This document shows positions 10,238 to 19,934 of a DNA stretch of 21,799 nt, piece after piece. Source of the stretch: Octopus sinensis (taxonomy: Eukaryota); assembly GCF_006345805.1 (NCBI RefSeq), contig NW_021823593.1:1-21799 (forward strand). The letters run 5' to 3'. Made by a program: the position numbers and the translations under genes. The first letter of the stretch is position 1, and every line of letters begins with the position of its first letter. The notes below the pieces were generated by a model. The model saw only the letters and a list, made by a program, of their open reading frames with translations. It was not told the origin of the DNA and did not search any database.

Positions 10238-10500
10238 ACAACGACAGTATATTACTGATATTTATTTCTCAGTGACGCCATCAGCATGGTAATGCATGGG
10301 TGAAGTTAACGTAGAGTTAGCACCAAGTCTTGTTGATAAGTAGGTCTTTCTCTCTTTGTGCGTATGTCGACGCTTATCCCTTTAAATGAATGCAGCCTGG
10401 CCAAATGGTTAAGAGGTTCGCTTCGCATTCACAATCATCTGAGTTCAATCCCATTGCAAGTTATCATGGACAAGTGATCTTTTTTTAATCACCATAATCT
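10238..10500 (+). repeat. 263-bp segment duplicated at 12218-12480
   Basis: Offset is exactly 1980; 8 substitutions and no indels by eye. Confidence 0.93.
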
Positions 10501-10555
10501 CGTGTCTAATGAAGTCTTTTGAGTGGGAAGACGGAAACTGTATGAAGCCCATCAG
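10392..10555 (+). mobile_element. Old, diverged family A-related SINE (5' half)
   Basis: TGGCCAAATGGTT (A box), GAGTTCAATCC (B box), TGGACAAGTG, and GACGGAAACTGTATGAAGCCCATC, which resembles the family A sequence GACGGAAACTGAAAGAAGCCCGTC. Confidence 0.7.
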
Positions 10556-10857
10556 ATAAATTCCACTAGTAAGTCCAAATCGGAAAGATGAAAGGAAATA
10601 CTAAAGCTGTTACCGCCATTCGAACATAGTACGTAAAGGTCTGTAATTATATACTGCAAGACATTTTTGTTTGGTACTTTAATGATTCTTTCAATCCTCC
10701 AAAAAAGAAAGGTAAAAAAAAAAAAAGAATCATAACATATATTGTGAGGAAAAGATGTTAGCTCACTGACTATTTTAAAATATATCGGCTACATAAGGGG
10801 AGAAAATTACGGATATGTTTTGATCTTATTCCACCGCTTCAGCGAAGCAACAATCGT

Positions 10858-11055
10858 GTGGAGGCGCAATAGCCCAGTGGTTAGGGCACCGGACTCGCGG
10901 TTGTAAGAACGCGGTTTCGATTCCCAGACCGGGCATTGTGAGTGTTTATTGAGCAAAAACACCTAAGTTCCACGAGGCTCCGGCGAAGGGGCGGGGGTGA
11001 ACCCCGCTGTACTCTTTCACCACAACTTTCTCTCACTCTTCCTTCCTACTTCTGC
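10858..11055 (+). mobile_element. SINE family E (B-like tRNA head, different body)
   Basis: GTGGAGGCGCAATAGCCCAGTGGTTAGGG...GTTTCGATTCCCAGACCGGGC..TTGAGCAAAAACAC parallels the B head and then diverges. The 3' boundary is uncertain. Confidence 0.75.
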
Positions 11056-11311
11056 CACAAAGCAGAGGAACCATGGTGTAACCCACAAGTCTAGATTGCG
11101 AATCCTCTGTACCCCAGGATGGTTCATCTCTCCACCCGTTAAAAGCCACCATTTACAGAATGAGAATAACAACGTAGCTTTCGCGCCCGTGCAACCGCTA
11201 GTCTATCGCATGTGGTGGGCGGATCTTCAAGTTTCCACACGCATTCTTAGCTTAGAGTAGGCTCGAATTAGAGATTATATTCTTTATGGCTAATGGCGTG
11301 AGTCCTGATTG

Positions 11312-11389
11312 GAAGAAGAAGAAGAAGAAGAAGAAGAAGAAGAAGAAGAGAAGAAGAAGAAGAAGAAGAAGAAGAAGAAGAAGAAGAAG
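11312..11389. repeat. (GAA)n trinucleotide tract
   Basis: Directly visible. Confidence 0.97.
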
Positions 11390-11523
11390 CAACAACCGTC
11401 GCTGGTGTAGTGACGAAAGAATCATTAAGTTAAAAATCATCCAGCTAGAGTTTATTTTGGTTTACATGGCGTTTAAGCGACTCTTCCTAACGTTACAATA
11501 CTCTTTCGAACGTTAGTCAGAAT

Positions 11524-11713
11524 ACCAGTCCATCGCTGGTGATTGAACCGAAATCTAAGTTGTCGCGGTACAAATTGTTAGATGACTGGACTGAAGCAAG
11601 GTGAAACGAAGTCCCTTGCTGAAGAACACAACATATTGCTCCGTCCGAGAATCGAACTGTCGACTTAAAGGTCGTGAAACCACCCTCACAAACTACTATA
11701 CCACGCATCTTCA
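11524..11713 (-). mobile_element. Old diverged family B SINE
   Basis: Plus strand CCAGTCCATCGC and GACTGGACTGAAGCAAGGTGAAACGAAGTCCCTTGCTGAAGAACACAAC are colinear with the copy at 7166-7417. Confidence 0.75.
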
Positions 11714-11757
11714 GAACCATAAACTAGATGTACAATTTTGTACAAATGTAAGCAATA

Positions 11758-11932
11758 GGTGTAGGAGTGGCTGTGTGGTAAATAGCTTGCTTACAAACCA
11801 TATGGTTCCGGGTTCAGTCCCACTGTGTGGCATCTTGGGTAAGTGTCTTCTACTATAGCCTCGGGCCGACCAAAGCCTTGTGAGTGGATTTGGTAGATGG
11901 AAACTGAAAGAAGCTCGTCATATATATGTATG

Positions 11933-11980
<48 letters not shown>

Positions 11981-12167
11981 AACATCGCTTGACAACCGAC
12001 GCTGGTGTGTTTACGTCCCCGTAACTTAGTGGTTCGACAAAAGAGACCTGTAGAATAAGTACTAGGTTTACAAAGAATAAGTCCTAGGGTAGATTTGCTC
12101 GACTAAAAGGTGGTGCTCCAGCATAGCTACAGTCAAATGACTGAAACAAGTAAAAGAGTAAAGAGTA
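11758..12167 (+). mobile_element. SINE family A copy
   Basis: Full-length match. Confidence 0.92.
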
Positions 12168-12217
12168 ATACTAACAAAAACAAGGAAAATAGCAAGAAGA
12201 GAAAAAGAACAACAATG

Positions 12218-12480
12218 ACAACGACAGTATATTACGGATATTTATTTCTCAGTGACGCCATCAGCATGGAAATGCATGGTTGAAGTTAACGTAGAGTTAG
12301 CATCAAGTCTTGTTGATAAGTAGATCTTTCTCTCTTTGTGCGTATGTCGACGCTTATCCCTTTACATGAATGCAGCCTGGCCAAATGGTTAAGAGGTTCG
12401 CTTCGCATTCACAATAATCTGAGTTCAATCCCACTGCAAGTTATCATGGACAAGTGATCTTTTTTTAATCACCATAATCT
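12218..12480 (+). repeat. Second copy of the 263-bp segment
   Basis: See 10238-10500. Confidence 0.93.
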
Positions 12481-12600
12481 GTCTGAGAATTACATTTAAG
12501 GGTATAATGTACCTGTGGAATACTCGACCGCAAACATTCTAATACACAGAACAAATAATTCGGTTGATAGAACCACTGAAATCACGATCGTTGACACAGA
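12481..12600 (+). mobile_element. Diverged family D-type 3' tail relic
   Basis: TGAGAATTACATTTAAGGGTATAATGTACCTGTGGAATACTC resembles CGAGAACTACGTTAAGAGTACACGTGTTTGTGGAGTGCTC in the reverse complement of 16977-17303. Confidence 0.55.
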
Positions 12601-12750
12601 CTGAGATCCATTTATTTTCTATCTGTCTGTGTGGCCTATGACTGTCTGCTTCTCTGTGCGAATGACAATTTTGGGTTGGCTGTCTGTCTGTTTGTCAGTC
12701 CGTCTGTCTATGTGGTTTTTCAATGTATTCTCCGTTGGAATAACCATTTC

Positions 12751-12979
12751 TTATTTCTTTATTGCCCACAAGGGGCTAAACACAGAGAGGACAAACAAGG
12801 ACAGACAAACGGATTAAGTCGATTATATCGACCCCAGTGCGTAAGTGGTACTTATTTAATCGACCCAGAAAGGATGAAAGGCAAAGTCGACCTCGGTGGA
12901 ATTTGAACTCAGAACGTAATGGCAGACGAAATACCGCTAAGCATTTCGCCTGGCGTGCTAACGTTTCTGCCAGCTCGCC
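12751..12979 (-). mobile_element. SINE family C solo monomer
   Basis: Reverse complement GGCGAGCTGGCAGAAACG...GAGTTCAAATTCC...CTTTCATCCTTTC..GTCGAT..AAGTACC...AAAGAAATAA. The central block resembles Deu/Nin-type SINE domains (recall only). Confidence 0.92.
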
Positions 12980-13039
12980 TTTCTGTTCGTCCGCCTGCCT
13001 ATCTGTCCGTCTGAATGCACCTATCTCAATGTTTGCCTC

Positions 13040-13042
13040 CGT

Positions 13043-13100
<58 letters not shown>

Positions 13101-13237
13101 CAGAGCGCGAGAGAGAGTGAGAGAGAGAGAGAGATTCTGTGTTTTTAATTTTTCTTGTTGTTCAAACCAGATTTGCTTTCAAACAAGTAGACCTTTGATC
13201 AAAGGCTTCTAGTTTGGGCCATAATTCTCTCTTTCCT

Positions 13238-13311
<74 letters not shown>

Positions 13312-13341
13312 TTCCTTTCTTTCTTTCTTCCTTTCTTTCTT

Positions 13342-13397
<56 letters not shown>

Positions 13398-13410
13398 TCT
13401 CCCTCTCCTT
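13040..13410. repeat. (TG)n(GA)n and (TTTC)n(CT)n microsatellites
   Basis: Directly visible. Confidence 0.93.
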
Positions 13411-13959
13411 TCTGAAGACTACATTATCCAATGTGTCTTGTGATCTGAAGGAGATTTGTCATGTTGAGCGAGCACGTACAAGCTCTATCGTTGATTCATT
13501 TATCCATGGGTCTCTGCCTGCGAGTGTGTGTGTGTGTGTTGTTCATGCTTGGCTGTGCGCACGAGTCTGTGTGCATGTATGTGGCAGTATGTATATATAT
13601 GAGTATGTGTGAGGCAGTGTGTGTGTGTATGTGTGTGCATGTCTTTATAAAGACGACCAAACACGAATAAATCAAACGTCACGATCCGCCTCATTGTATG
13701 TCGGTGTATACGTGTGTATGTATGCGCGTTTGTGTGCATGTTTGCCTGCATGTATGTGTGTGTGTGTGTGTGTGTCTGCGTGTTTATGTGTATATCTCTG
13801 AGTATGTCTATGTGCGTGTCTGATTATCTGTGTGTATATCTATGTGTGTGTGTAAGCCTGTGTATTTGCGTGTATGTTTCTGTCTCTGGGTATTTCTTAC
13901 CCTCCGTCAAATCAAGGCAGGACAAAGAACTTCATAACATCATCTCCGGGTACAATAAT

Positions 13960-14068
13960 TCTTTCGAATTTCGACACTAACCCGAAAGGGGTTTGAACTG
14001 AAAACGTAAACAGCCGGAAGAAGTGCTGACAGAAATGTTGTCCGACGTGCTTGAAGATTCACCGCCTT
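13960..14068 (-). mobile_element. Very old family C-related SINE head
   Basis: Reverse complement AAGGCGGTGA...AGCACGTCGGACAACATT...TTTACGTTTTCAGTTCAAA parallels the C head. Confidence 0.55.
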
Positions 14069-14197
14069 ATTTCCAAGTACAATAATATATTAATACTTCT
14101 CTTGGGATCTATAATTCTTAATGGAGTCGTAGGAGCATCATTCTAGTATACATTTTTTCCTGGGTACTTTTAGACGTGGTGGAGCCCAACCATTTCC

Positions 14198-14816
14198 AAG
14201 TCTGATCACGGCGAGCTGGCAAAAACGTAGCAAGCCGGACGAAATGCTCAGCGGTATTTCGTCTGCCGCTACGTTCTGAGTTCAAATTCCGCCGAGATTG
14301 ACTTTGCCCTTCATCATTTCGTGATCGATTAAAAAAGTAGCAGTTACGCACTGGGTCGATACAATCGACTTAATCCCTTTGTCTGTCTTTGTTTGTCTCC
14401 TTTGTGTTTAGCCCCTTGTGGGTAGTAAAGAAATAGGTATTTCGTCTGCTGCTACGTTCTGAGTTCAAATTCCGCCGAGGTCGACTTTGCCTTTCCTCCT
14501 TTCGGGGTCGATAAATTAAGTACCAGTTACACACTGGGGTCGATATAATCGACTTACTCCCTTTGTCTGTCCTTGTTTGTCTCCTCTGTATTTAGCCCCT
14601 TGTGGGTAGTAAAGAAATAGGTATTTCGTCTGCCATTACGTTCTGAGTTCAAATTCCGCCGAGGTCGACTTTGCCTTTCATCCTTTCGGGGTCGATTAAA
14701 TAAGAACCAGTTACGCACTGGGGTCGATATAATCGACTTAATCCGTTTGTTTGTCCTTGTTTGTCCCCTCTGTTTGTAGCCCCTTGTTGGCAGTAAAGAA
14801 ATAAGTCTGATCACGG
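14198..14816 (+). mobile_element. Family C SINE trimer flanked by a 14-bp TSD
   Basis: AAGTCTGATCACGG at 14198-14211 and 14803-14816. Units start GGTATTTC at 14253, 14436 and 14620 (periods 183 and 184). Confidence 0.93.
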
Positions 14817-14871
14817 ATGATTTCTTCCAGAGAGATAAACAGAAAGGGTTAAGGGAAAAGAAATAATTTAC

Positions 14872-15664
14872 TTAACCCATTGCCTGCTATGAGGCTCATT
14901 TGGAGATCTGCCAAAAATAGTTTCACTGCCGGTTGTTCATTAAAGTGAATTACTTATGTACATTGACTTTGCAGAGGTGGGTTTAACAATATTTAGCGTT
15001 TAAAGTTTGTCATATAAAGTTTGTCTGGTTAATTCAAGAGGACATTTCATGTTATAAATCGCAATTTTTGAACTACAAAAATATTGACTGCTTTGAAAAC
15101 GTTTCTTTTTAAATGCATTTCTCGTCTACATCATTCATTGATATTTCATGCACATTCACATTTGATACTATAGCTAAAAAAAACTAAAATGTTTATTATT
15201 GCAATTGAAAAGAAAAGGATAAATATATATTTTTTCCAAGTAATCCCCCCATTTGGTGGAGGCGCGTGGCTTAGTGGTTAGGGTGTCAGCACCATGATCG
15301 TAAGATTGTGGTTTCGATTCGTAGACCAGGCGACGCGTTGTGTTCTTGAGCAAAACATTTCATTTCACGTTGCTCCAGTCCACTCAGCTGGCAAAAATGA
15401 GTAACACTGCGATGGACTGGCATCCCGTCCAGCTGGGAAACGCATACGCCATAGAAACTGGGTCCATGAGCCTGCCTAAGCTTTAAAAAGGGCGCATTTA
15501 TTTATATTTTTAATCCCCATTTTGGACTTTTCAAAAAATTTATTATAATTTCCAAAATAATTCACATATGAAGACAATTTAAATACTCTATATTATTTTA
15601 ACTCCTAAGACACATGGCAAAACCAAAAAATATGAATTTAAAAAATTGGCAGTTAATGGGTTAA
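14872..15664. mobile_element. piggyBac-type non-autonomous element (MITE) with TTAA TSD
   Basis: TTAA|CCCATTGCCTGCTA (14872-14889) and TGGCAGTTAATGGG|TTAA (15647-15664). The 14-bp TIRs match at 11/14; no transposase ORF. Confidence 0.78.
15255..15510 (+). mobile_element. SINE family B inserted in the piggyBac MITE
   Basis: Full head and tail. Imperfect TSD: TAATCCCCCCATTTGG (15241-15256) and TAATCCCCATTTTGG (15511-15525). Confidence 0.92.
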
Positions 15665-15674
15665 GCATAGAAGA

Positions 15675-15790
15675 AATGTTTTATGTTCATACTCAGAAAG
15701 TATGAAAGCGAAATTGACCTCTGTTGGATTTGAACTCACGGCGCGGAGATCTTGGACGATTATCGTAAAGTGATTTACTCGAACGCCCCT
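15675..15790 (-). mobile_element. Old family C-related SINE relic
   Basis: GAAAGTATGAAAGCGAAATTGACCTCTGTTGGATTTGAACTCA resembles GAAAGGATGAAAGGCAAAGTCGACCTCGGCGGAATTTGAACTCA. Confidence 0.65.
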
Positions 15791-16572
15791 GACACATGGC
15801 TGCCTTAAGTGATCAATAATATATTGGAGTTTGAATTCACTCAACTATAACTTTCCATTGCTAAAGCATAGTGTCTGTTTCGAAATGGGAGATTTATATT
15901 TTATGTACATATATTATAGGGAACCGTTTGAAAACATAACAACAAACGCATGAACTGAATATTAGTAAATACCTACCAGTTACCAAACAATAATGATAAT
16001 TATAATAACAACGATGACAGCAACAAAGGTATCAACAACAGCTGTACTGCTGGCGGGTGTCATCAGGAACAAAGGTGATTGAACTATGTACATAGGTGTG
16101 TATATATGTGTATATGTCTATATTCATGTATGAATGTATGTATGTGTGAATGAAAGTATGTACGCCTGTCCGTCTGTATGTATGTGCATATATATATATA
16201 TATATATAATATATATATATTTATATAGGTGTATGTGTGTGTATGTATATTTGTATGGATAGATGTATATATGTGTGTGCGTGTGTTCAAAGGTGTATGC
16301 TGAAAGAAGACTTGGCTCAAGCTGTTCCCCATAGACAATAGTATACAATATGGGTGTCATGTGTGTGATGTGATGTGTATATACGTGTGTGTTATAAATT
16401 CCTTACAAATAGTGTAGAACTTCAAGGTTCCTGAATCATTCGTAGTCTCATCTTCAGACTGAAGCAATGTTGGCGTGTATTGTCATCCCTTTATAGCCGA
16501 CAAGGTCATTATAACTGGCGTAGGCATTATCGTTGAAACACTAATTTTGACTTTTAGATTTATATGTCAATT

Positions 16573-16928
16573 ACAATCCTTTCTATTATAGGTACAAGCC
16601 TGAAATCTGGGGGAGAGGGATAATCAATTACATCGACCTCAGTACTCAAATAGTACTTAATTTATCCACTCCGAAAGGATGAAAGGTAAAGTCAACCTCG
16701 GCGGAATTTGAACTCAGAACATAGCGGCAGACGAAATACCTATTTCTTTACTACCCACAAGGGGCTAAACATAGAAGGGACGAACAAGGACAGACAAACG
16801 GATTAAGTCGATTATATCGACCCCAGTGCGTAGCGGCAGACGAAATCTGTGCATCTGTTCGGGAATCGAACCCACGATCTAACGATAGTGAGTGCAACAC
16901 CCTAACCCCATGGCCATGTGCCTTCGCA
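16573..16928 (-). mobile_element. Chimeric SINE: B-type tRNA head + internally deleted C unit + second C unit with a different 3' tail
   Basis: Head at 16847-16928, then ATTTCGTCTGCCGCTACG joined straight to CACTGGGGTCG, then the canonical multimer junction at 16733-16746. The second unit ends CCCTCTCCCCCAGATTTCAGGCTTGTACCTATAATAGAAAGG. Confidence 0.85.
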
Positions 16929-16976
16929 CAGACACATACACACATGGGGCTGCGTGTATATTATATATATATTCAA

Positions 16977-17303
16977 GGAGCACTCCGTTAGTTGCGACGA
17001 CGAGGGTCCCAGCTGATCAATGGAACAGCCTGATCGTGAAATTAACGTGTAAGTGGCTGAGCACTCCACAAACACGTGTACTCTTAACGTAGTTCTCGGG
17101 GATATTCAGCGTGACACAGTGTGTGACAAGGCTGGCCCTTCTGAAATACAGGTACTACTAATTTTTGCCAGCTGAGTGGACTGGAGCAACGTGAAAAATA
17201 AAGTGTCTTGCTCAAGGACACAACGCGCCGCCGCCGGGAATTGAACTCACGACCTTACGATCAAGAGCCGAATGCCCCTAACCACTAAGCCACGCGCCTT
17301 CAC
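16977..17303 (-). mobile_element. SINE family D (B-type head and centre, different 3' tail)
   Basis: Shares its first ~150 nt with family B up to CTCAGCTGGCAAAAAT and then diverges. Candidate 9-bp TSD TATATTCAA at 16968-16976 and 17305-17313. Confidence 0.9.
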
Positions 17304-17503
17304 TTATATTCAAATACAGGCACACACGTGTATGTGTATTGTATGTGTGTGTGTGTCTGTGTTTGCATTTGTATGTGTTTGAAACAAGGACAAAATAAAA
17401 TGCGTCAGACACCCAGAAGACATGCAAACATGTAACGTGTTGCGCAGGTTTCTTCTTTTTTCTCTTTCGTGGGCGCAATGTCGGACAAGTGTTCAGAAGT
17501 TAC

Positions 17504-17634
17504 TTCCGCTTTTGCAAAGTACTTCTCGCCATAACAAGAATCAACAGCTCTCGAATCAAACTCAACTCTTATTGTTCCGGTCACGTTTATGTTGAAGGGA
17601 GAGAAGGGGTGGCTAGGTGATGGGGATACTGAGC
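17504..17634 (-). CDS. Weak candidate internal exon, product unknown
   Basis: On the minus strand TTAATTTTTCTTCAAG|GC...GCGGAA|GTAACT brackets 131 nt inside a stop-free frame of ~88 codons (SVSPSPSHPFSPFNINVTGTIRVEFDSRAVDSCYGEKYFAKAE). I recognise no homology. Confidence 0.25.
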
Positions 17635-17799
17635 CTTGAAGAAAAATTAACCACTTTTCTCTTTTAGCTTGTTATATCCGGCCAGTACTGTAATATAAGA
17701 TGTCTGATGCATTTGGTGACATTTGGGCGAAAAAAAAAAGGCAGTTGTTTCTCCTTTTTCCGCTTTTCATTCTGACGGTCTTTTCTCTCTTTCTCACTA

Positions 17800-18150
17800 T
17801 ACATACACACATACGTACGTACATACATACGTATGTACGTACATACATACATACATACATACGTACGTACGTACACACATACATACATACATACTCATAT
17901 GCAATCATACATACATACATACATACAATCATACATATATACATACATACATACATACATGCATACATACATACATACATATATACATGCATACATACGT
18001 ACATACATACATACATGTAGCATACATACATATATACATACATACATACATATATACATGCATACATACATGCATACATACATACATGCATACATGCATG
18101 CTCACTTATATACATACACATACACACACATACATATATACATAATACAT
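17800..18150. repeat. (TACA)n-rich microsatellite
   Basis: Directly visible. Confidence 0.95.
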
Positions 18151-18153
18151 ATA

Positions 18154-18293
18154 CTCCAAACACTACTGTAAACAGCGAAAGTGAGCTAGAGCGTTAAAAC
18201 TTGGTGCGCATGCACAGGAAAGTTCAAGGTCAATCGGTGCCAAGCGGCATCACTCTGCGTGCATTAGCTTTGTTACTATAGTAACAGTCCGGA
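18154..18293 (+). repeat. Diverged dispersed copy of the 3' 140 bp of the 215-bp unit
   Basis: Colinear with 6667-7096 from CCAA(G/A)CACT to CAGTCCGGAT. Confidence 0.85.
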
Positions 18294-18321
18294 TACTTAT
18301 TGATCAGACTACGTATCTTCT

Positions 18322-18490
18322 CTACCTGGACGGGAGATCGTTCCATTACAGGATTACTCATTTTTACCGGCTGAGCGGTAAAATGAAGTGTTTTGCTCAA
18401 GAACACAACTCATCGCCCGGTCCAGGAATCGAAACCACAACCTAACGATCATGAGATTAACACCCTAACCACTAAGCCATACGCCTTCAC
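18322..18490 (-). mobile_element. SINE family B, 3'-truncated with internal deletion
   Basis: Intact head (CCACTAAGCCATACGCCTTCAC on the plus strand); the TGGACTGGAGCAAC block is missing. Confidence 0.85.
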
Positions 18491-18583
18491 TTAGAATACA
18501 TATAACCATAGAGAAAATGACTAACACCAAGATAAGGCTAAAAACGGATTCATTTCCGTATTATCTAAATTTAGTTGCATTAT

Positions 18584-18642
<59 letters not shown>

Positions 18643-18677
18643 TAGCTGTGATGGTTGTGGTGGCGGTGGTGGTGGGG

Positions 18678-18716
<39 letters not shown>

Positions 18717-18871
18717 CTGTCGTTTTTGTTATTGTCATTGTTTAACCCCTGACCAGCCTTGACCGAACAAACCAATGATAAAAAGGGCCTCAACCTTTAC
18801 TCTGTACCATCTCCGTCAAGCCATCTTTCGTTTAGATACGAGTTACAACGATATCCGTTCCTTCGACAAGA

Positions 18872-18921
<50 letters not shown>

Positions 18922-19056
18922 TATCTACTACTACTACTAAAACACTACCAATTTCACCATTTCCATTACCACCACCACTACCACCATCACCGTGCCGCTG
19001 CCGTTACCGGCGCCGCTGCCATCACCGCCGCCGCCGCTATCGCCACAACCACCACC

Positions 19057-19119
<63 letters not shown>

Positions 19120-19225
19120 GCTTCTCCTCCTGGTCCTCCTGGTCCTCCTCCTCCTCCTCCTCCTCCTCCTCCTACTACTACTACTACTACTACTACTACT
19201 GTTCCTCTTCCTACTACTACTTGTT
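18584..19225. repeat. Trinucleotide tracts (GCA/GTA/GTG, then CTA/CCA/CCG/CCT) around a 155-bp unique spacer
   Basis: Directly visible; source of the poly-T/poly-Y/poly-L ORFs. Confidence 0.93.
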
Positions 19226-19344
19226 AATCTTCCATTACTTTCCCCACCTCGTGTATCCGCCATCTATAATCTGGGTCCTGTTTCTCTTTGGTCTCTTTAT
19301 TTCCCTTGTAACTAAATATAACCTTCCTCCCACCCGTACACTTT

Positions 19345-19398
<54 letters not shown>

Positions 19399-19534
19399 AA
19401 AGTGTATGTTTGCGAGTGCGTATATATATATGTACACGCGCGAGCTCGTTCACACACATATACGTACATGCACGCCCTTAGACATACATATACGAACTTA
19501 AATCTACATACACGCACACGCTGACATAACAATG

Positions 19535-19860
19535 GGAATCATTGATATAGAGGAGACAGATGTATTATCTGCGTTAGCCAGAATGAAGTGGTTCTCTGCA
19601 ATGAATCCTTGAGGGCTTCCCATCCAGTTTGCCTAAAAGGCATGTTGAAAGAAAGCGTAACCAAACAAAGGCGGATCAAGTCTTAAAATGATATCTTGAT
19701 ATTAAAAGCAGATGCCACAAATTATAAGGCTTGTCTCGGTAACCTTACATATCAGCAAGGTCATGCAACGATGTCAGGGAGAAGCTGATAACATTTATGG
19801 AAAAGAAGCAAATGCTTTAGTGATTTATAGTCAGTACAAGCATCGTGGAGGGTAAAAGTC
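19535..19860 (+). mobile_element. Decayed LINE reverse-transcriptase fragment (CR1/L2/Jockey-like; clade not resolved)
   Basis: Pieces in order: IDIEETDVLSALARMKWFSAMNP*GLPIQF / NY+RLVSVTLHISKVMQR / VREKLITFMEKKQML / SQY / GKS. These follow the RT entry motifs EVxxALxxMKxxKAPGPDG, NYRPVSLTSxxSKxME and SQxGFxxGKS. Confidence 0.68.
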
Positions 19861-19934
19861 CCCCATCCTTGTTGTACAGCAGCAACAGTGCGTAGATATA
19901 TACTAAGGGGGTTCCATGCAAATCACAGTATAGA

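Noticed and set aside
11060-11389. Unique stretch ending in (GAA)n as a LINE 3' end
   Set aside because: No recognisable RT or C-terminal motifs in the three plus-strand frames I translated; left unassigned.
15255-15335. SINE heads as genuine tRNA genes
   Set aside because: A and B boxes are present, but each head runs into a shared repeat body and tail, copies are diverged, and I could not fold a convincing cloverleaf or find a terminator.
16400-16545. Second hammerhead/Penelope relic or exon on the minus strand (CTATAAAGGG...CTGAAGATGAG...GGAAC)
   Set aside because: GAAA is replaced by GGAA and stems I and III do not close at a UH site. As an exon between AG and GTAAGG, all three frames contain stops.
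18738-18800. Possible tail of a further SINE family (GTTTAACCCC...)
   Set aside because: It looks familiar from recall only; there is no second copy in this window to support it.
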